DNA of 64,000 nucleotides from Eledone cirrhosa. Its lineage: Eukaryota. The notes beneath the pieces were generated by a model, which saw nothing but the letters and a program-made list of their open reading frames with translations, was not told the DNA's origin and searched no databases. The translations under genes were made by a program, and so were the position numbers. The DNA lies in assembly GCA_964016885.1 (NCBI GenBank), contig OZ024752.1:35402001-35466000 (forward strand). The letters are read 5' to 3'. Shown piece after piece: positions 40,708-54,296 of the stretch (position 1 is the stretch's first letter; every line of letters begins with the position of its first letter).

Positions 40708-41140
40708 ATACCTGTATAAATCTAGTTTAGACAGGTTTGTCAATTAATTTGATATAAGCATATTACATACCATCTTAGACTAAAGACATGTTTCAGAACT
40801 ATTAAGAATACCTTTCTAAATCTAGTTTAGACAGGTATGGCATTTAATTTTATATAAGCATATTACATACCCTCTTAGACTAAATACATGTTTCAGAACT
40901 ATTAAGAATACCTGTCTAAATCTAGTTTAGACAGGTACCGCAATTAATTTGCTATAAGCATATTACATACCATCTTAGACTAAATACAAATGTTTGAGAA
41001 CCATTAAGATACAAATATTTGAGAACCATTAAGAATACCTGTTTAAATCTAGTTTAGGCAGGTATGGCAATTAATTTGATATAAGCATATTACATACCTT
41101 TTTAGACTAAAGACAAATATTTGAGAACTATTAAGAATAC
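40708..41140. repeat. 100-bp tandem repeat x4, each unit starting with the hairpin ATACCTGTCTAAA-TCTAG-TTTAGACAGGTAT
   Basis: Units start at 40708, 40808, 40908 and 41035. Confidence 0.9.
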
Positions 41141-41459
41141 ACACCCGATATAGAAATAATTTCAAGAAGATTATTGCAGATATTAATTTTTATTTTTAAG
41201 TAGACAGTCACTAAAAACTAAAAAACCTGAAGAAGAATTTCTTTGTGATATAATTTGAGAGTTTGGCGCATTTTTCTGTCCCTCAAAATACACTGGATCG
41301 AGTATAAAATTCGTCAGATCCTTAATAGGATAATTATCAAAATATTACATAAGGTGTTAATTGGCTGTGGTAATTATTGTGTGTTTTACCAAGTTGAAGA
41401 ATTTTTAGCGATGTCTCCAAACAGAAAAGCAAAAGAAAAAGAAAATAAAGAAAATTCTC

Positions 41460-41896
41460 CTGTTAAAGGAATTGGAAATTTTGATCGAGTTTCTTCTACA
41501 GTAGCACGGATTATAATAAAATGTGAAAAGGCGGGAGAATTTAACGCAGTACTGTGTATATGAACCTGCAATTATACTTCGATGACAGGTGGTGGCGGTG
41601 GTGTGGTGGGTGGTGGTGGTGTCGGCGGTGATGTAGGCGATGATGGTGGTGGTGGTGTCGGCGGTGATGTAGGCGATGGTGGTGGTGGTGGTGGTGTCGG
41701 CGGTGATGTAGGCGATGGTGGTGGTGGTGGTGGTGGTGGTGTCGGCGGTGATGTAGGCGATGGTGGTGGTGGTGGTGGTGGTGTCGGTTTGAGCTTATTT
41801 TCAAATCCCATTGCGGTTGGCTATGCTGTTAAAATAAGCATCAGTAAATACACTAGGGTAATCGGAATCAACGATGCCCCTATGTCTGAGCTCAGT
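41460..41896 (-). pseudogene. Candidate exon for a secreted proline-rich protein, with in-frame lesions
   Basis: Acceptor TTTCATCTATCTAG. One frame reads (ATA)GASLIPITLVYLLMLILTA*PTAMGFENKLK-(PTPPPPPSPTSP)n-VIEV*LQVHIHSTALNSPAFSHFIIIRATVEETRSKFPIPLTG. Confidence 0.5.
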
Positions 41897-42687
41897 CTAG
41901 ATAGATGAAATAAATGAAAATAATTTCTAATTTTGCTTCTAATAATTAATTCTATGCGAATTTCCTTTCAGTACTATCTATGTATTATAATGATATTCCA
42001 AAAAAGATTTCAGGAAACGGTGATAAATTTTTAAGCATATAAAATTATAAGAACGTTCCTAGTTATATATATTCTAAGCCAACTATTATCTGAAACAATA
42101 TAATGGGTTTAATGTTAACATTTTGTTTTATGAAACTTAAATCGTTTGATAAATCCTTTAAGTTGATATGAGCTAGGCGGTTGAAGAAAAACTGACAAAT
42201 GATGGTTCCGACGAAAATAAAAAAATAAATTAAAATATTGATAAAATTGAAGAAGTTTTAAAATTTGGTCTGAAATTAGACCAAGGCAAACTGTTTTACG
42301 TTTAAAATATACTGTTGAAAATTCAGTATCAATAAATAAATATATATATATTTATATTGATCAAACGACTAGAGAGTGTGTGAAAGAAAAATAAACTAGG
42401 AAGAACAAGGAAAAGTGTACTTCCATATACTGCTACATACACAACGAGCCAATGAAAGAGTCTGTACGTGGTCGCTTAACCTGCTAGAAATACCAGCTAA
42501 ATCTCCTTCAAATCTTGCTCATACCGTCTTAGAAAAGAAGGACACATTGAACAAAGTGATCCAATGTATATCGTGTGACTACTGAAAAAAGAAACGGATC
42601 GGTCATGGCTGGTATGCTTTTGACTATAGGTCTAGGTGTGCTCGATCAGGGCTGACCTAGGGCTAAACAACCACAAAATCAACAACA

Positions 42688-42725
<38 letters not shown>

Positions 42726-43198
42726 AAATGTGTATATAAACTGTGTGACTAGTTTTTAAAAAGAACGGATTAGTCACGGACAGAATGTTTTTGAGTATAG
42801 GTCTAGGTCTGCTCGATCAAGTTTGACCTAGGGCTAAACAACCACAAAAACAACTACTACTATTACTACTACTACTATTACTACTACTACTACTATTACT
42901 ACTGTGAATCTGTAATATGCAGTGTGCGTAATATCATTATCTATGCAAATCCGCACACAATTTTTTTTTTTCAACGAATAAAATATTTAGCTAACATATT
43001 TGTACAGGAATAAATCTATTCGTTCTTTGAATTAACTCTCTTCTTATATAGCAGAAGTGTATCAATAGAATATATTTCTGCAATAAATAAATGATTGATT
43101 AATATAAGAACTACGGTTTAATTTCCGCACAAGTCCATAATTTATAGTAAGATAACTTTTTATTTATTTATTTCATATAATACATATAATATCTACAT

Positions 43199-43244
<46 letters not shown>

Positions 43245-43251
<7 letters not shown>

Positions 43252-43260
43252 TCTCTCTCT

Positions 43261-43311
<51 letters not shown>

Positions 43312-43415
43312 TATATATATATATATATCTCATATATATATATATATATATCTCATATATATATATATATATCTCATATATATATATATATATCTCATAT
43401 ATATATATATATATA

Positions 43416-43453
<38 letters not shown>

Positions 43454-43617
43454 TATATATATATATATATATCTCATATATATATATATATCTCATATAT
43501 ATATATATATATATATCTCATATATATATATATATATATATATATCTCATATATATATATATATATATCTCATATATATATATATATATATATCTCATAT
43601 ATATATATATATATATA

Positions 43618-43652
<35 letters not shown>

Positions 43653-43817
43653 ATATATATATATATATATATATCTCATATATATATATATCTCATATAT
43701 ATATATATATATATATCTCATATATATATATATCTCATATATATACATCTCATATATATATATACATCTCATATATATATATCTCATATATATATATATC
43801 TCATATATATATATATA

Positions 43818-43858
<41 letters not shown>

Positions 43859-43940
43859 ATATATATATATCTTATATATATATATCTCATATATATATCT
43901 CATATATATCATATATATATATATCATATATATATATATA
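43245..43940. repeat. (AT)nCTC minisatellite
   Basis: Seen directly. Confidence 0.95.
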
Positions 43941-44131
43941 TAGGAAAATGTATGACCACGACGGCAGAGCTCAAATCGTTTCGACGGCTATTTCAGTCCA
44001 GAAATAGCCGTCGAAACGGCTTGAGCTCTGCCGTCGGGGTCATACATGTTCCTATTACCCACTCTATTTCCCTAAGTATTGAGTACTCTGGTGCGTTATG
44101 GTCCATCTGGTTCCTTACCACAATTCCTTTG

Positions 44132-44133
<2 letters not shown>
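43941..44133 (+). mobile_element. Fold-back family B copy (most complete hairpin)
   Basis: Arms 43941-43994 / 44001-44054, loop AGTCCA, tail CCCACTCTA...GTATTGAGTACTCTGGTGCG. Confidence 0.85.
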
Positions 44134-44175
<42 letters not shown>

Positions 44176-44191
44176 CCACCTTTCCCTCTTG

Positions 44192-44237
<46 letters not shown>

Positions 44238-44377
44238 GAGACAGAGAGAAGGAGATATGTATGCGTGTATATATATATATATATATATATAGTTCGGAAT
44301 AACAGAAAACAAAAAACAGACAAATGCAGGAATAAATGTTACAAATATTATTAGTTTCACGCTTTGTGAGAGTGGGG

Positions 44378-44438
<61 letters not shown>

Positions 44439-44480
44439 TAAAATACAAATATTCATAAAATAGATGTTCTTTTTATCAAT

Positions 44481-44539
44481 TACATTTTATTATACATATT
44501 TCGGATGTACAACAGTACGTCCTCATCAGACAAAATATA
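44481..44539 (-). ncRNA. Minimal hammerhead ribozyme
   Basis: Reverse complement: TATATTTTGT-CTGATGA-GGACGTAC-TGTT-GTACATCC-GAAA-T-ATGT-A-TA-ATAAAATGTA. Confidence 0.75.
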
Positions 44540-45399
44540 ATGATACATGACATACCCTGAGATGTTTAAATGGTTAAGATTTAATCAAGGTAATAAAACT
44601 CATTCTTTGACATACTCATTGAATATTGTTTAACTCTTTATTCCAAAGCCGAAATACGATTCTCGCTAATTTATATTTATATATATAGCTCTATATTTCT
44701 GTAGACAAATACAAATACATGTTTGTATGTCTCTTCAAATATATGAACCGTAACAGAATCGTTAATGACAGTTGGCAATGCACTTTTCTATTGTGAATTC
44801 TTACTGATAACGTATGTAAGTACGTCTGACAGTACTCTCAGACCTGTATATATTTTACAAGACATAATACATAAAATATTTACAACTCTACTTAAAATCT
44901 ACAGGGCTCTATTATTATAAATATTTCATTGCTCTTTTAATCACAATATGAATTCATTAAAACGGATAGAAATATTTATGTATAAATCTATACACACATT
45001 TATGTATATGCATATACACACATTTATATATAAAACTATACACATACGTTTATGTATAAATCTAAACACACACTCATTTATCCATAAACAGACAGATACG
45101 CACACACACATAGACTCACTAACGAACACTCGTTTATTCATAACCAGACAAATTTACACACACATTTATATGTAAACCTATACACACACACACATTTATA
45201 TGTAAACCTATACACACACACACTCACATTTATATGTAAACCTATACACATACACATTTATATATGAACCAATACACGCACATTTATATATGAACCTATA
45301 CACGCATATCTATAAAACAGACAGACGACCATACATTTATCCATAAACAGACACACACACACACACAAACGCTCGCTCACACGCACGCACTGAGAGAGA

Positions 45400-45461
<62 letters not shown>

Positions 45462-45953
45462 TAAATATATTCTCATTGAAAGATCACTCGCTTAATTTCT
45501 TGGCGTTCTATGTTGACAGGAAAAAATAATATTCAAAAATTCACACATCTGACGTTCTTTGAGAAATCTGGGAATATTAATAAGCTTTCTTCAACAACAA
45601 CACAAAATTTTCAACGGAGAAATAAAATGACAAATTAATCATTAAAAATACATTATGTATATTGATAATAAAACAAGCTTTGAATTACCGGCTAATTTTA
45701 TTGTTTTCAAGCAAATTAACAATCTGCCTTTGAGAACGACTTTGACTTGAGAGAAATGGCGGATTAAAGTAGTTTTTCTCAGAATGAGAAAAACTTATTC
45801 CTACACATACATACGCGCGCACATACATACATAGACAGACACACACACGCACACACGTACAAATACGTATGTATATATATATATATATATATATATAGTA
45901 ATAATAAATTAAGGGTGAAAGCAGCGATTCTTTGTTTAAACTTTAATCTGTTC

Positions 45954-46006
<53 letters not shown>

Positions 46007-46055
46007 ATAATAATAAATTTGAAGACTATATAATTGTATATGTACACACACACAT

Positions 46056-46111
<56 letters not shown>

Positions 46112-46336
46112 GAAAAGACGATGAAGTTCCGTTTACATACTATATACACTCTGCCTGTGCATAGAGTGCTTGATTTGGTACCAACACCAATATTTCACCG
46201 TACTACCTACGCACACTATATATATATATATATGCGCATATGCATCCACAAACATACAAACATACATACATTTTAATATGCGATTGATAATTTGATAACT
46301 AAACTTAAGTCTGCATGTAATACAAGGTAGCATATA

Positions 46337-46686
46337 CACAACTTAATGTTGACATAACTTTTGGAGCTGCACAATCAATATGGAGTGTGTAGTGGTAAGA
46401 CACACCCAAGGGTGCTGGACAGCAGAAGGACTTTAGAGAAGAATCCTCCACCTCTCTCAAGCAAGTGTTTCGGTCCTTAATAGTACAGGGTACTTTATCT
46501 AGAACTTAGTGCTGATTTAATATAACTTAGGTCATAAACTACTCCATATGGAGAGTGTAAATTGCTCATAGTGAGGGTGATGTCCGAAGTAGTTGTTGCC
46601 CAGTGTTATGTCATCATTAACTTGCACATATTGAGGGTGTAGTACAAGGTAAGCTTATGCCCAGAGTTATGTCAATATTAAGTGGT
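46337..46686. mobile_element. Possible MITE
   Basis: Terminal inverted repeats ACTTAATGTTGACATAACT / AGTTATGTCAATATTAAGT. Confidence 0.45.
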
Positions 46687-46764
46687 ATATATATGAAGGA
46701 GCTTACCGTCTAAATCAAAGCTGACCGAATGTGTATCACTGAAAATTAAAACTACATTCATGTT

Positions 46765-46799
<35 letters not shown>

Positions 46800-46802
46800 A
46801 TG

Positions 46803-46837
<35 letters not shown>

Positions 46838-47466
46838 ATATGTGTATGTGTGTGTGTGTGTGTGTATATATATATGTGTGTGTGTGTTTGTGCGTGTGTA
46901 TATGTGTATGTGTGTGTGTGTGTATATATATGTGTGTGTGTGTTTGTGCGTGTGTATATATGTGTATGTGTGTGTGTGTGTGTGTATATATGTGTGTGTG
47001 TTTGTGCGTGCGTGTGTATATATATGTGTGTGCGTGTGTATGTGTGTGTATATGTATGTGTGTGTGTGTGTGTGTATATGTATATATGTGTGTGGGTGAG
47101 GTGGGGGGTGTATGTGTGTGTGTGTGTGTGTATATATGTGTGTGTACTACAAATAGTTTAAGACATGATTGCATTTTTATTTAGAGTTATGGAAATTTTG
47201 GGAAGTATTTGCCGACAAAATTGGTGTATTCTATAATTCAGGCTCTTAATAAGACTGTACCAGTAACGTACTGGGGTCGATTTAATCGACTTTCTCCTCC
47301 CACCAAAATTTGTTGGCCTTGTGCCTAAATCATAAGCCAATATTATTTTTATTAGCTTAACGTCTGCATGAAATTTGTGTAGGTGACAATAATGTTGAAT
47401 TACAAAGTTATTCTCTCACTCTCTCTCTTCGAGGTAATAACATGTTCTGTTCCTTTTATTTATTAC

Positions 47467-47568
47467 CTGCAACTGTCGTACAACAACAACATCAGCAACA
47501 ACAACAGCAAACCAAACAAAAGGTCGACAGAACGATAAACGGTAACAGAAGAAGACATGATCACTGAA
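47467..47568 (-). other. Candidate first exon (Inr-like TCAGT, ATG at 47558, donor CAG|GTAATA)
   Basis: Reads MSSSVTVYRSVDLLFGLLLLLLMLLLYDSC and ends in phase 2, compatible with the acceptor at 41897. The Leu run derives from a TTG repeat. Confidence 0.3.
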
Positions 47569-47905
47569 TTGAATTGTTTGACATCACGTGAAAAAAATAA
47601 ACTATATATATAAATAAACTATATATATATATATATAAATAATCTCTTTCTCTCTATCTCACTTTGTATGCATGTATGTGTATATATATATATATATATA
47701 TACAGTATATATATATATATATATATACAGTATATATATATATATATATATATATAATCTCTTTCTCTCTATCTCACTTTGTATGCATGTATGTGTGTAT
47801 ATATATATATATACAGTATATATATATATATATATATATAATCTCTTTCTCTCTATCTCACTTTGTATGCATGTATGTGTGTATATATATATATTTATAT
47901 ATACA

Positions 47906-47941
<36 letters not shown>

Positions 47942-47977
47942 TGTCAATCTAAATATACGCTACAACCTCTCTCTCAC

Positions 47978-48019
<42 letters not shown>

Positions 48020-48071
48020 CGTGTGCGTGTGCGTGTGTGTGCGTGTGTGTGTGCTGCTAGAAACAACAGCT

Positions 48072-48109
<38 letters not shown>

Positions 48110-48656
48110 CACTCTTCCTTCTCTGCTTTCTCTTTCCTCTCCCCTATCTCCACCTCTTAAGCTCTCTCCTACCCTCTCTCCCTTCCACCCCACCCCCCGG
48201 CCCGCCTCTCCGTCTTTCTCTCAAATCCCCTCCCTACCCTTAAAAAAGGGGGAAGAAGTATCCACTATCGTCCTAGAAACACACTAATAATTCTTGAAAA
48301 TCCCTGCCGTCTCTAAAAATGGAAAAAAAAGGGAAACAGCATACATTTTAGTGCTTGAAAATTCAATGCGGTGGTCATAGTTGGCTGTCCTTGTCACTAG
48401 ATCTGCTTGATCAAGATTGACCCTAGAACTAACCAACAACAACAGTAACAAAATTTTGAATAAAAGTATTAATTCTAGATATTAATATAACTACTTAAAT
48501 AAAATTTAAAAAAAGCACAAACTAATATCAAATATATTGTTTTAATAAATGGTAACTTTTATATCAAACTCCACTGATCATTAACTTAATAAGAATTCTG
48601 TCAACAAAAATATAGACATTTATGTAGAATTATATCTATAATCTTGTTACAAGATC

Positions 48657-49148
48657 CAGGGTCATCCTGCTGAAGCCCTAAACTATTTGAAATTTGAGGC
48701 CCTTCTTTTAAAATATTCGGGTAAAAGTATTTTAGAATAATTGTACATTATCATTATTTTTAATATTAATGTTAATGATATAAATGTAATATATATATAT
48801 ATATCATTAACTTTAATATAAAAAATAATAATAATGTATATATATATATATATGTGTGTGTGCATGTATGTATATATATATATAATTTTAAATGTAATAT
48901 ATATATATAGATATGTATGTATATATACATATAATTTTAAATGCTATATATATATATATAATATATATATATATAATCTCAAACATGACATATATAATTT
49001 TAAATGTAATATATATAATTTCTGATGATTTAGTGTTAAACAATAAAAAACTAATGACAATTAAACTATATATTTTTTCTAATGAAGCACCTGAGGGGCT
49101 GTGACCCTAACCTATAGTTTATTTAGCTCATAGGTAGGTCCAGCCCTG
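48657..49148. mobile_element. Possible non-autonomous hAT element
   Basis: Ends CAGGGGTCATCC..GAAGCCCTAA..GAGGCCC and GGTAGGTCCAGCCCTG. No clean 8-bp TSD was seen. Confidence 0.35.
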
Positions 49149-49357
49149 AAGAGAACTCGCATTTGATAAGTCATGGTTTAATAAACACTTGCAGACTCCT
49201 CCATAACTTTTAATGTCGATATCTTACCAAATTCTTCGCATCTGATATCCTTAGCAACAACAGAAAATTAGAATATCTAGCACAGCTATTGAATTTGTCT
49301 CCCATTTCTTAAAATCACTCTTTCAAATATATTATGATATAAACGCCAATTGTATTA

Positions 49358-49683
49358 CCCGCCGAGGTTAACTTTGCCTTTCATCCTTACGGGGCCGATA
49401 AATAAAGTACCAGTAATGTACTTGGTAATTACTGGCCTTGTGTCAAAAGTAGAAACAATTATTATTAAAAACAACTATTACCCCAGCGTTTACCCCTGGT
49501 ACTTTATTTTATCGACGCCGTAAGGATGAAAGGCAAAGTTAACCTCGACGAGTTCAAATCCCGTCGAGGTTAACTTTTGCCTTTCATCCTTACGGGAGTC
49601 GATAAAATAAAGTACCAGTCATACACTGGAATATAATTGCTGGCCTTGAGCCAAAAGTAGAAACAATTATTATTAAAAACAAC
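49358..49683. mobile_element. SINE fragments in +/-/+ arrangement forming a 55-bp hairpin
   Basis: Arms 49496-49550 / 49562-49618. Confidence 0.85.
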
Positions 49684-49909
49684 CAATATTTTCCTTCCGT
49701 TTGTATATATTTCGTAATAATATCTATTTCATTCTAAGATGTTTAAGATATTGGTGTCAAAAAGATGAGAATAAAATAAATATAAAGAACGCAAACTTAA
49801 GGCGTGACAGTAACAACAATAACAGTGTTGCACATTTCGGGGGTATGTGTTATCCACATGAACTGTCTCCCCCTATTGGGGAAAATCGACTAATTTTTTA
49901 AATTGCATT

Positions 49910-50341
49910 TGTGATAACATGTTACACGTTTTTATTGTATGTAAACTTCCCCCTTTGTATTTGTCCCCTTCTTTTGTGCCCCTGTGGCTAATAAAGAAAC
50001 ATATCTATCTATCTATCTATCTGTGATAATATTTTACACGTTTTTATTGTATGTAAACTTCCTCCTTTGTATTTGTCCCCTTCTTTTGTGCCCCTGTGGC
50101 TAATAAAGAAACATATCTATCTATCTATCTGTGATAACATTTTACACGTTTTTATTGTATGTAAACTTCCCCCTTTGTATTTGTCCCCTTCTTTTGTGCC
50201 CCTGTGGCTAATAAAGAAACATATCTATCTATCTATCTATCTATCTATCTGTGATAATATTTTACACGTTTTTATTGTATGTAAACTTCCTCCTTTGTAT
50301 TTGTCCCTTTCTTTTGTGCCCCTGTGGCTAATAAAGAAACA
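49910..50341 (+). repeat. Tandem x4 of a unit of about 110 bp ending AATAAAGAAAC(ATCT)n
   Basis: Units start at about 49911, 50023, 50131 and 50251. They resemble a retroelement 3' end. Confidence 0.9.
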
Positions 50342-50819
50342 ACAAAAAAAATAAATAAATAAATAAAAACAATAACAGTTGTGATAATGTCAGGAGGGCA
50401 ATAGTAATGGATGACATTAAGATACTATACTATAGATTTTATGTATTCATACATACACACTAACACACTCACACACTAACACACTCACACACTAACACAC
50501 TCACGCACTCTTACGCATGAAGTTGCACGAACTAACACATACACTCTCACACACAGGCACACAGATACAAATACACACGAATACATATTTATGTACATAC
50601 ATGTATACAAACATATATGTATATGTATGTATGTATGTGTATGTATGTATATATATATATATATGTATACATACATGCATACAAACGTGTATATATATAT
50701 ATGTATATATATATATACACATATATATACACATATGTATACATACATGCATACAAACGTGTATATATATATATGTATATATACACATATGTATACATAC
50801 ATGCATACAAACGTGTATA

Positions 50820-50862
<43 letters not shown>

Positions 50863-50896
50863 GTATACATACATGCATACAAACGTGTATATATAT

Positions 50897-50948
<52 letters not shown>

Positions 50949-51164
50949 GAAAATACATATATATATACATACAGACATACACACACATATTCATGCACAC
51001 ATAATGCATATAATCACACACACATACACATACAAACATACATACATAAGTACATACACACGTATACGTGTACACACGATACAAACATACATACATACAA
51101 ATAGTCGAACACACACACACACACACACACACACATTCACATACACACGCACACACATACATAC

Positions 51165-51348
51165 ATATTAACGTGCAAGTGGCTGAGTATTCCACAAACA
51201 CATATACAAATATATTGGAGTTCTCAGGGATAAGACACACTTTCAATTCCAAACGTTTGGCTATTAACTGGGATAATGGGAATTTCTGGGAATCGAACTC
51301 ATAACCTTGCAATGTGGATCGAACACTTTAACCACTAAACCACGCACT
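51165..51348 (-). mobile_element. tRNA-derived SINE
   Basis: Reverse complement: GTGCGTGGTTTAGTGGTTAAAG...GAGTTCGATTCCC. Confidence 0.65.
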
Positions 51349-51970
51349 GTGTATATATGTGTATATATGTGTATGTATATATATATATATATATATACAT
51401 ATATACACATACACTTACATGCATGCATACATACATACATACAAACATACATACATACATACATACATACATAGATAAATACATAAATTCATATATACAT
51501 ACATAACATTCATACATACACGCACACGCACATATATATATATACACATATACGTACATACATACATACATACATACATAGATATATACATACAAATACA
51601 CACACACACACACATATATATATACACATATACGTACATACATACATACATACTTACATACATACATACTTACATACATACACATACATACACAGATAGA
51701 TACATACAAATACACACGCACACACACACATATATATGTACATATACATATACATACGTACATACATAGCTACACAGATATATATACACATACATATTTT
51801 CATATATACACAGATTCATACATACAAACATCACATACACACACAGATGCATACACAGATACATACATACATACATACACACACACATACACACACATAT
51901 ATACATGCACACATACACACATACATACACACATACACACACATATATATATACACACATACATACATTA

Positions 51971-52009
<39 letters not shown>

Positions 52010-52010
<1 letters not shown>

Positions 52011-52588
52011 TGGTGGCTGCAAACTCGTTTTCGAGTACGGCCACTACTTTATATCCATGTAGGAGAACCCCCTACCGATGCGCTGAACGAGTGTGACTTT
52101 TTAGTCCAGCCAGCGACTTGAAAACTCTGGTACAAACACTACACTTGTGACAATTATTGACACATAGTGTTGGGCCCATGGTACCATGTGATGACAAGTG
52201 CAGAGAGATCTCCAGATATAAAGCAATGCCTGTGCCGTGAAGCTTTTATAATGAGCAAAAGCACTGCACAAAGCCAGTCCCACTCTCTTAACCAAGATGA
52301 TATTTACCAAAAAGAAGAACAAGTCAACATCATTGGATACCATCAGGGTTGCAGGTGTTATATCAGAGTTTTCCTTCTACTAGAATTCTGCCTTGACAAA
52401 GGCTACGGGGTCATCTCTCCCGGTGATTTGGGATGGCCATTGACTCTTAAGAGCTCCTTTGCTCTTTGACAGGTTTTGTTTTTAGTCCTGCAGGACTAAA
52501 AACAAAACACCCTCCTTGCCAAGAAACCTTGGTGGGGTTGCCAGTTTAGTCGCCAACGACCCGACCATGGGACAGGTTGTACAGGTTG

Positions 52589-52590
<2 letters not shown>
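52010..52590 (-). mobile_element. RTE-like non-autonomous retroposon, copy 5
   Basis: Reverse complement of copy 4, lying in a (CA)/(CATA)n tract. Confidence 0.8.
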
Positions 52591-52619
<29 letters not shown>

Positions 52620-52861
52620 GTACATACATACATACATACATACATACATACATACACACACGTACACAAATACATACATACATACACACACTCACACGTA
52701 CACACATACACGTACATACATACATACACACACGTACACACATACATACATACACACACACACGTACACACATACATACATACATACACACACACACGTA
52801 CACACATACATACATACATACATACATACACACACACACGTACACACGCACACACACGTAC

Positions 52862-52895
<34 letters not shown>

Positions 52896-52933
52896 GTACA
52901 CACATACCTACACACACACACACGTACACACAT

Positions 52934-52965
<32 letters not shown>

Positions 52966-52973
52966 GTACACAC

Positions 52974-53011
<38 letters not shown>

Positions 53012-53111
53012 GTACACACATTCATACACACACACACACGTACACACATACATACATACACACACACACACGTACACACATACATACATACACACACGTA
53101 CACACGTACAT

Positions 53112-53147
<36 letters not shown>

Positions 53148-53298
53148 GTACACACACACATACACACATACATGTGTATTGCCAATGTGATATTTACATG
53201 TAGAACTGAAGCTGAATCACGTTTCAACACAGATATTAACTGTGACTTTCCTGGTTACGTGCTATATACACTGGTGTGTATAATACAATACCTGCTTT

Positions 53299-53352
<54 letters not shown>

Positions 53353-53358
53353 CATACA

Positions 53359-53406
<48 letters not shown>

Positions 53407-53465
53407 TATACATACATACTTACGTACATGCATGCATACATACATGCTTTGAAATATACTTGCAC

Positions 53466-53512
<47 letters not shown>

Positions 53513-54144
53513 CATGCATACACATTGATACATAGAATCATACATACATATACATAAGTATTTAAATGTGTACACACACATATATATACGTATATATAAA
53601 CATGTATATATACATGTGTATATATATATATATACATGAATATATACATGTGTATATATATATATATATTCATGTATATATACATGTGTATATATATATA
53701 TATACATGTATATATTCATGTGTATGTATATATATATAAACATGTATATATACATGTGTATATATATATATATACATGAATATATACATGTGTATATATA
53801 TATATATATATATACATGTATATATACATGTGTATATATATATATATACATGTATATATACATGTGTATGTATATATATATATACATGTATATATACATG
53901 TGTATGTATATATATATACACATGTATATATACATGTGTATATATATATATATATATACACATGTATATATACATGTGTATATATATATATATATATACA
54001 CATGTATATATACATGTATATATATATATACATGTATATATACATGTATATATATATATACACATGTATATATGCATGTGTATATATATATATATAATAG
54101 AGAGAGAGTATGAAATACATTTTTTTAAATCTTTTATAACGAAA

Positions 54145-54176
54145 GTAGTAGTAATAACAGCAGCAGCAGCAGCAAC

Positions 54177-54235
<59 letters not shown>

Positions 54236-54238
54236 CAA

Positions 54239-54296
<58 letters not shown>
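54145..54296. repeat. (GTA)n microsatellite
   Basis: Seen directly. Confidence 0.97.

Noticed and set aside
41541-41908. Poly-His (-) and Gly-rich (+) ORFs
   Set aside because: These are alternative frames of the same repeat. Only the Pro-rich frame has a signal-like leader and a splice acceptor.
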